64,000 nucleotides of DNA from Negaprion brevirostris. Its lineage: Eukaryota. The notes beneath the pieces were generated by a model. The model made no database searches and was not told the origin of the DNA. It saw nothing but the letters and a program-made list of their open reading frames with translations. The stretch covers positions 27,117,456 through 27,181,455 of the forward strand of contig JARDVH010000031.1 in the NCBI GenBank assembly GCA_030324005.1, written 5' to 3'. The translations under genes and the position numbers were made by a program. The stretch's first letter is position 1. Each line of letters starts with the position of its first letter. Positions 62,720 through 64,000 of the stretch are shown here, one piece after another.

Positions 62720-63060
62720 TAAGGGGAGTAGTAAGGGGCTGAGGAAATTGCCTTGTTGAAAATCAGTGCTGGAGATAATTGTGATGGAGGTGCCATTACC
62801 TTTCCTTACTGATTACTGTCTGTGGGTTCAGAAGTCTAGAAACTAATCACAGAAAAAGGAGACAAGCCATAGACCATGGATTTTGGAAATTAGTTTTGTT
62901 GGGATAATTGTGCTCAAGACTACGCTGTAGTCAATAGATAGGAATCTGACATAAGTGTCCTTGTTATCCAGGTGTTCAGGGGTTGAGTATTGGGCCAGGG
63001 AGAGGGCATCTGCTGTGGACCTGTTGCAGTGATAGGAGAATGAAAGAAGCAGCCCATCAG
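62720..63060 (-). mobile_element. Rex1/Babar LINE RT fragment
   Basis: FSYHCNRSTADALSLA..TPEHLDNKDTYVRFLSIDYS....TIIPTKLISK. Confidence 0.85.
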
Positions 63061-63489
63061 TTTTAAGTGCTCCAAGTCTCACTTACCTGGGTTGCTGTAG
63101 ATTACTGTCAGAAATCACTGTCATTTGATTCTTATCCAAAATGAGACTGAACTATTTCTCCTCTCCAGCCTGACTCCTGTTCACAGTTACTGCCACAAAC
63201 TGCAGAAAATTACTGCCTGACATCCCAGAGAACCGTTGCCAAACAAGCCAGCAAGCTGAATGATCACACCAAACCAGTTTAACTTATCAGTGGACACAAA
63301 ACTCTATTTGTTCCTTGTTAGCCACTTTTATTTATTTTGATGTGTTTTTTTTTGCAAGGAAGCCTGTGCTCTGGGATCTATTGGCAGAATGCATTTCCTC
63401 AGTTTTTATGTTGGATAAGACTACAAGACTTTCTGACCCAAGGGTGCGGTCTACTGATCTGTTACTTTCTATCAGTTATATGAGAAAAG

Positions 63490-63793
63490 TTTAAGTTTAT
63501 ATATTAGTCACAAGTAGACTTACATTAACATTGCAAGAAGTTATTGTGAAAGTCCCCTAGTCGCCATCCTCCGGTGCCTATTCGGGTGCATTGAAGGAGA
63601 ATTTAGCATGGCCAATGCAACTAACCAGCACATCTTTCGGACAGCAGGAAGAAACTGGAGCACCCAGAGGAAACTCACTAAGACATGGGGAGAGTGTGCA
63701 GACTCCGCACAGACAGCGACCCAAGCAGGGAATTGAACCCGGGTCCCTGGCACTCTGAGGCAACAGTGCTAACCGCTGTGCCTCTGTGCCGCT
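63490..63793 (-). mobile_element. HE1-type SINE, tail type B
   Basis: tattagtcacaagtagacttacattaacattgc...gaacccgggtccctggcact..gtgctaacc. Confidence 0.88.
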
Positions 63794-64000
63794 GAAGCAA
63801 TTGAATTAGGGTTACTCAGTTAGAAAATGGAAGGATTCTGCATTGTTGTAGCCACCAAGTTCATACAAAAATAGGAGGAGGGCAGGGGGCAATAGAAATT
63901 TCTTGAGAGGAATTGGCCATGGTAAAAGATTCCTCAGTGTCCAAGATATGTAAGTTAGATGGATTGGCCATGGTAAATATGCGGGGTCATGGAGATAGGG

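Overview
Eukaryotic, repeat-dense, gapped draft-assembly window from a cartilaginous fish (HE1-type tRNA SINEs and CR1/HER1-type LINEs point to a shark). The only host coding sequence I can support is two phase-compatible + strand exons (16649-16706, 18256-18355) of DYNC2I1/WDR60. The rest appears to be very long introns of that gene, filled with SINEs, CR1, L2, Rex1, Penelope-like elements (PLEs), Harbinger transposon relics and MITEs, Gypsy fragments, and several AT-rich, TAAT-rich unique islands that look like conserved non-coding elements. The most interesting signal is a set of minimal hammerhead ribozyme motifs in PLE remnants, with stem II sequences that differ between copies yet still pair. 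Three have intact cores and two of these lie on the host-gene sense strand. Also notable: two RNA-like hairpins, a probable chimeric 3'-transduction duplication, and one SINE body with two alternative 3' tails. All identifications come from reading the sequence and recalling family motifs; no searches were run. Repeat boundaries are approximate.
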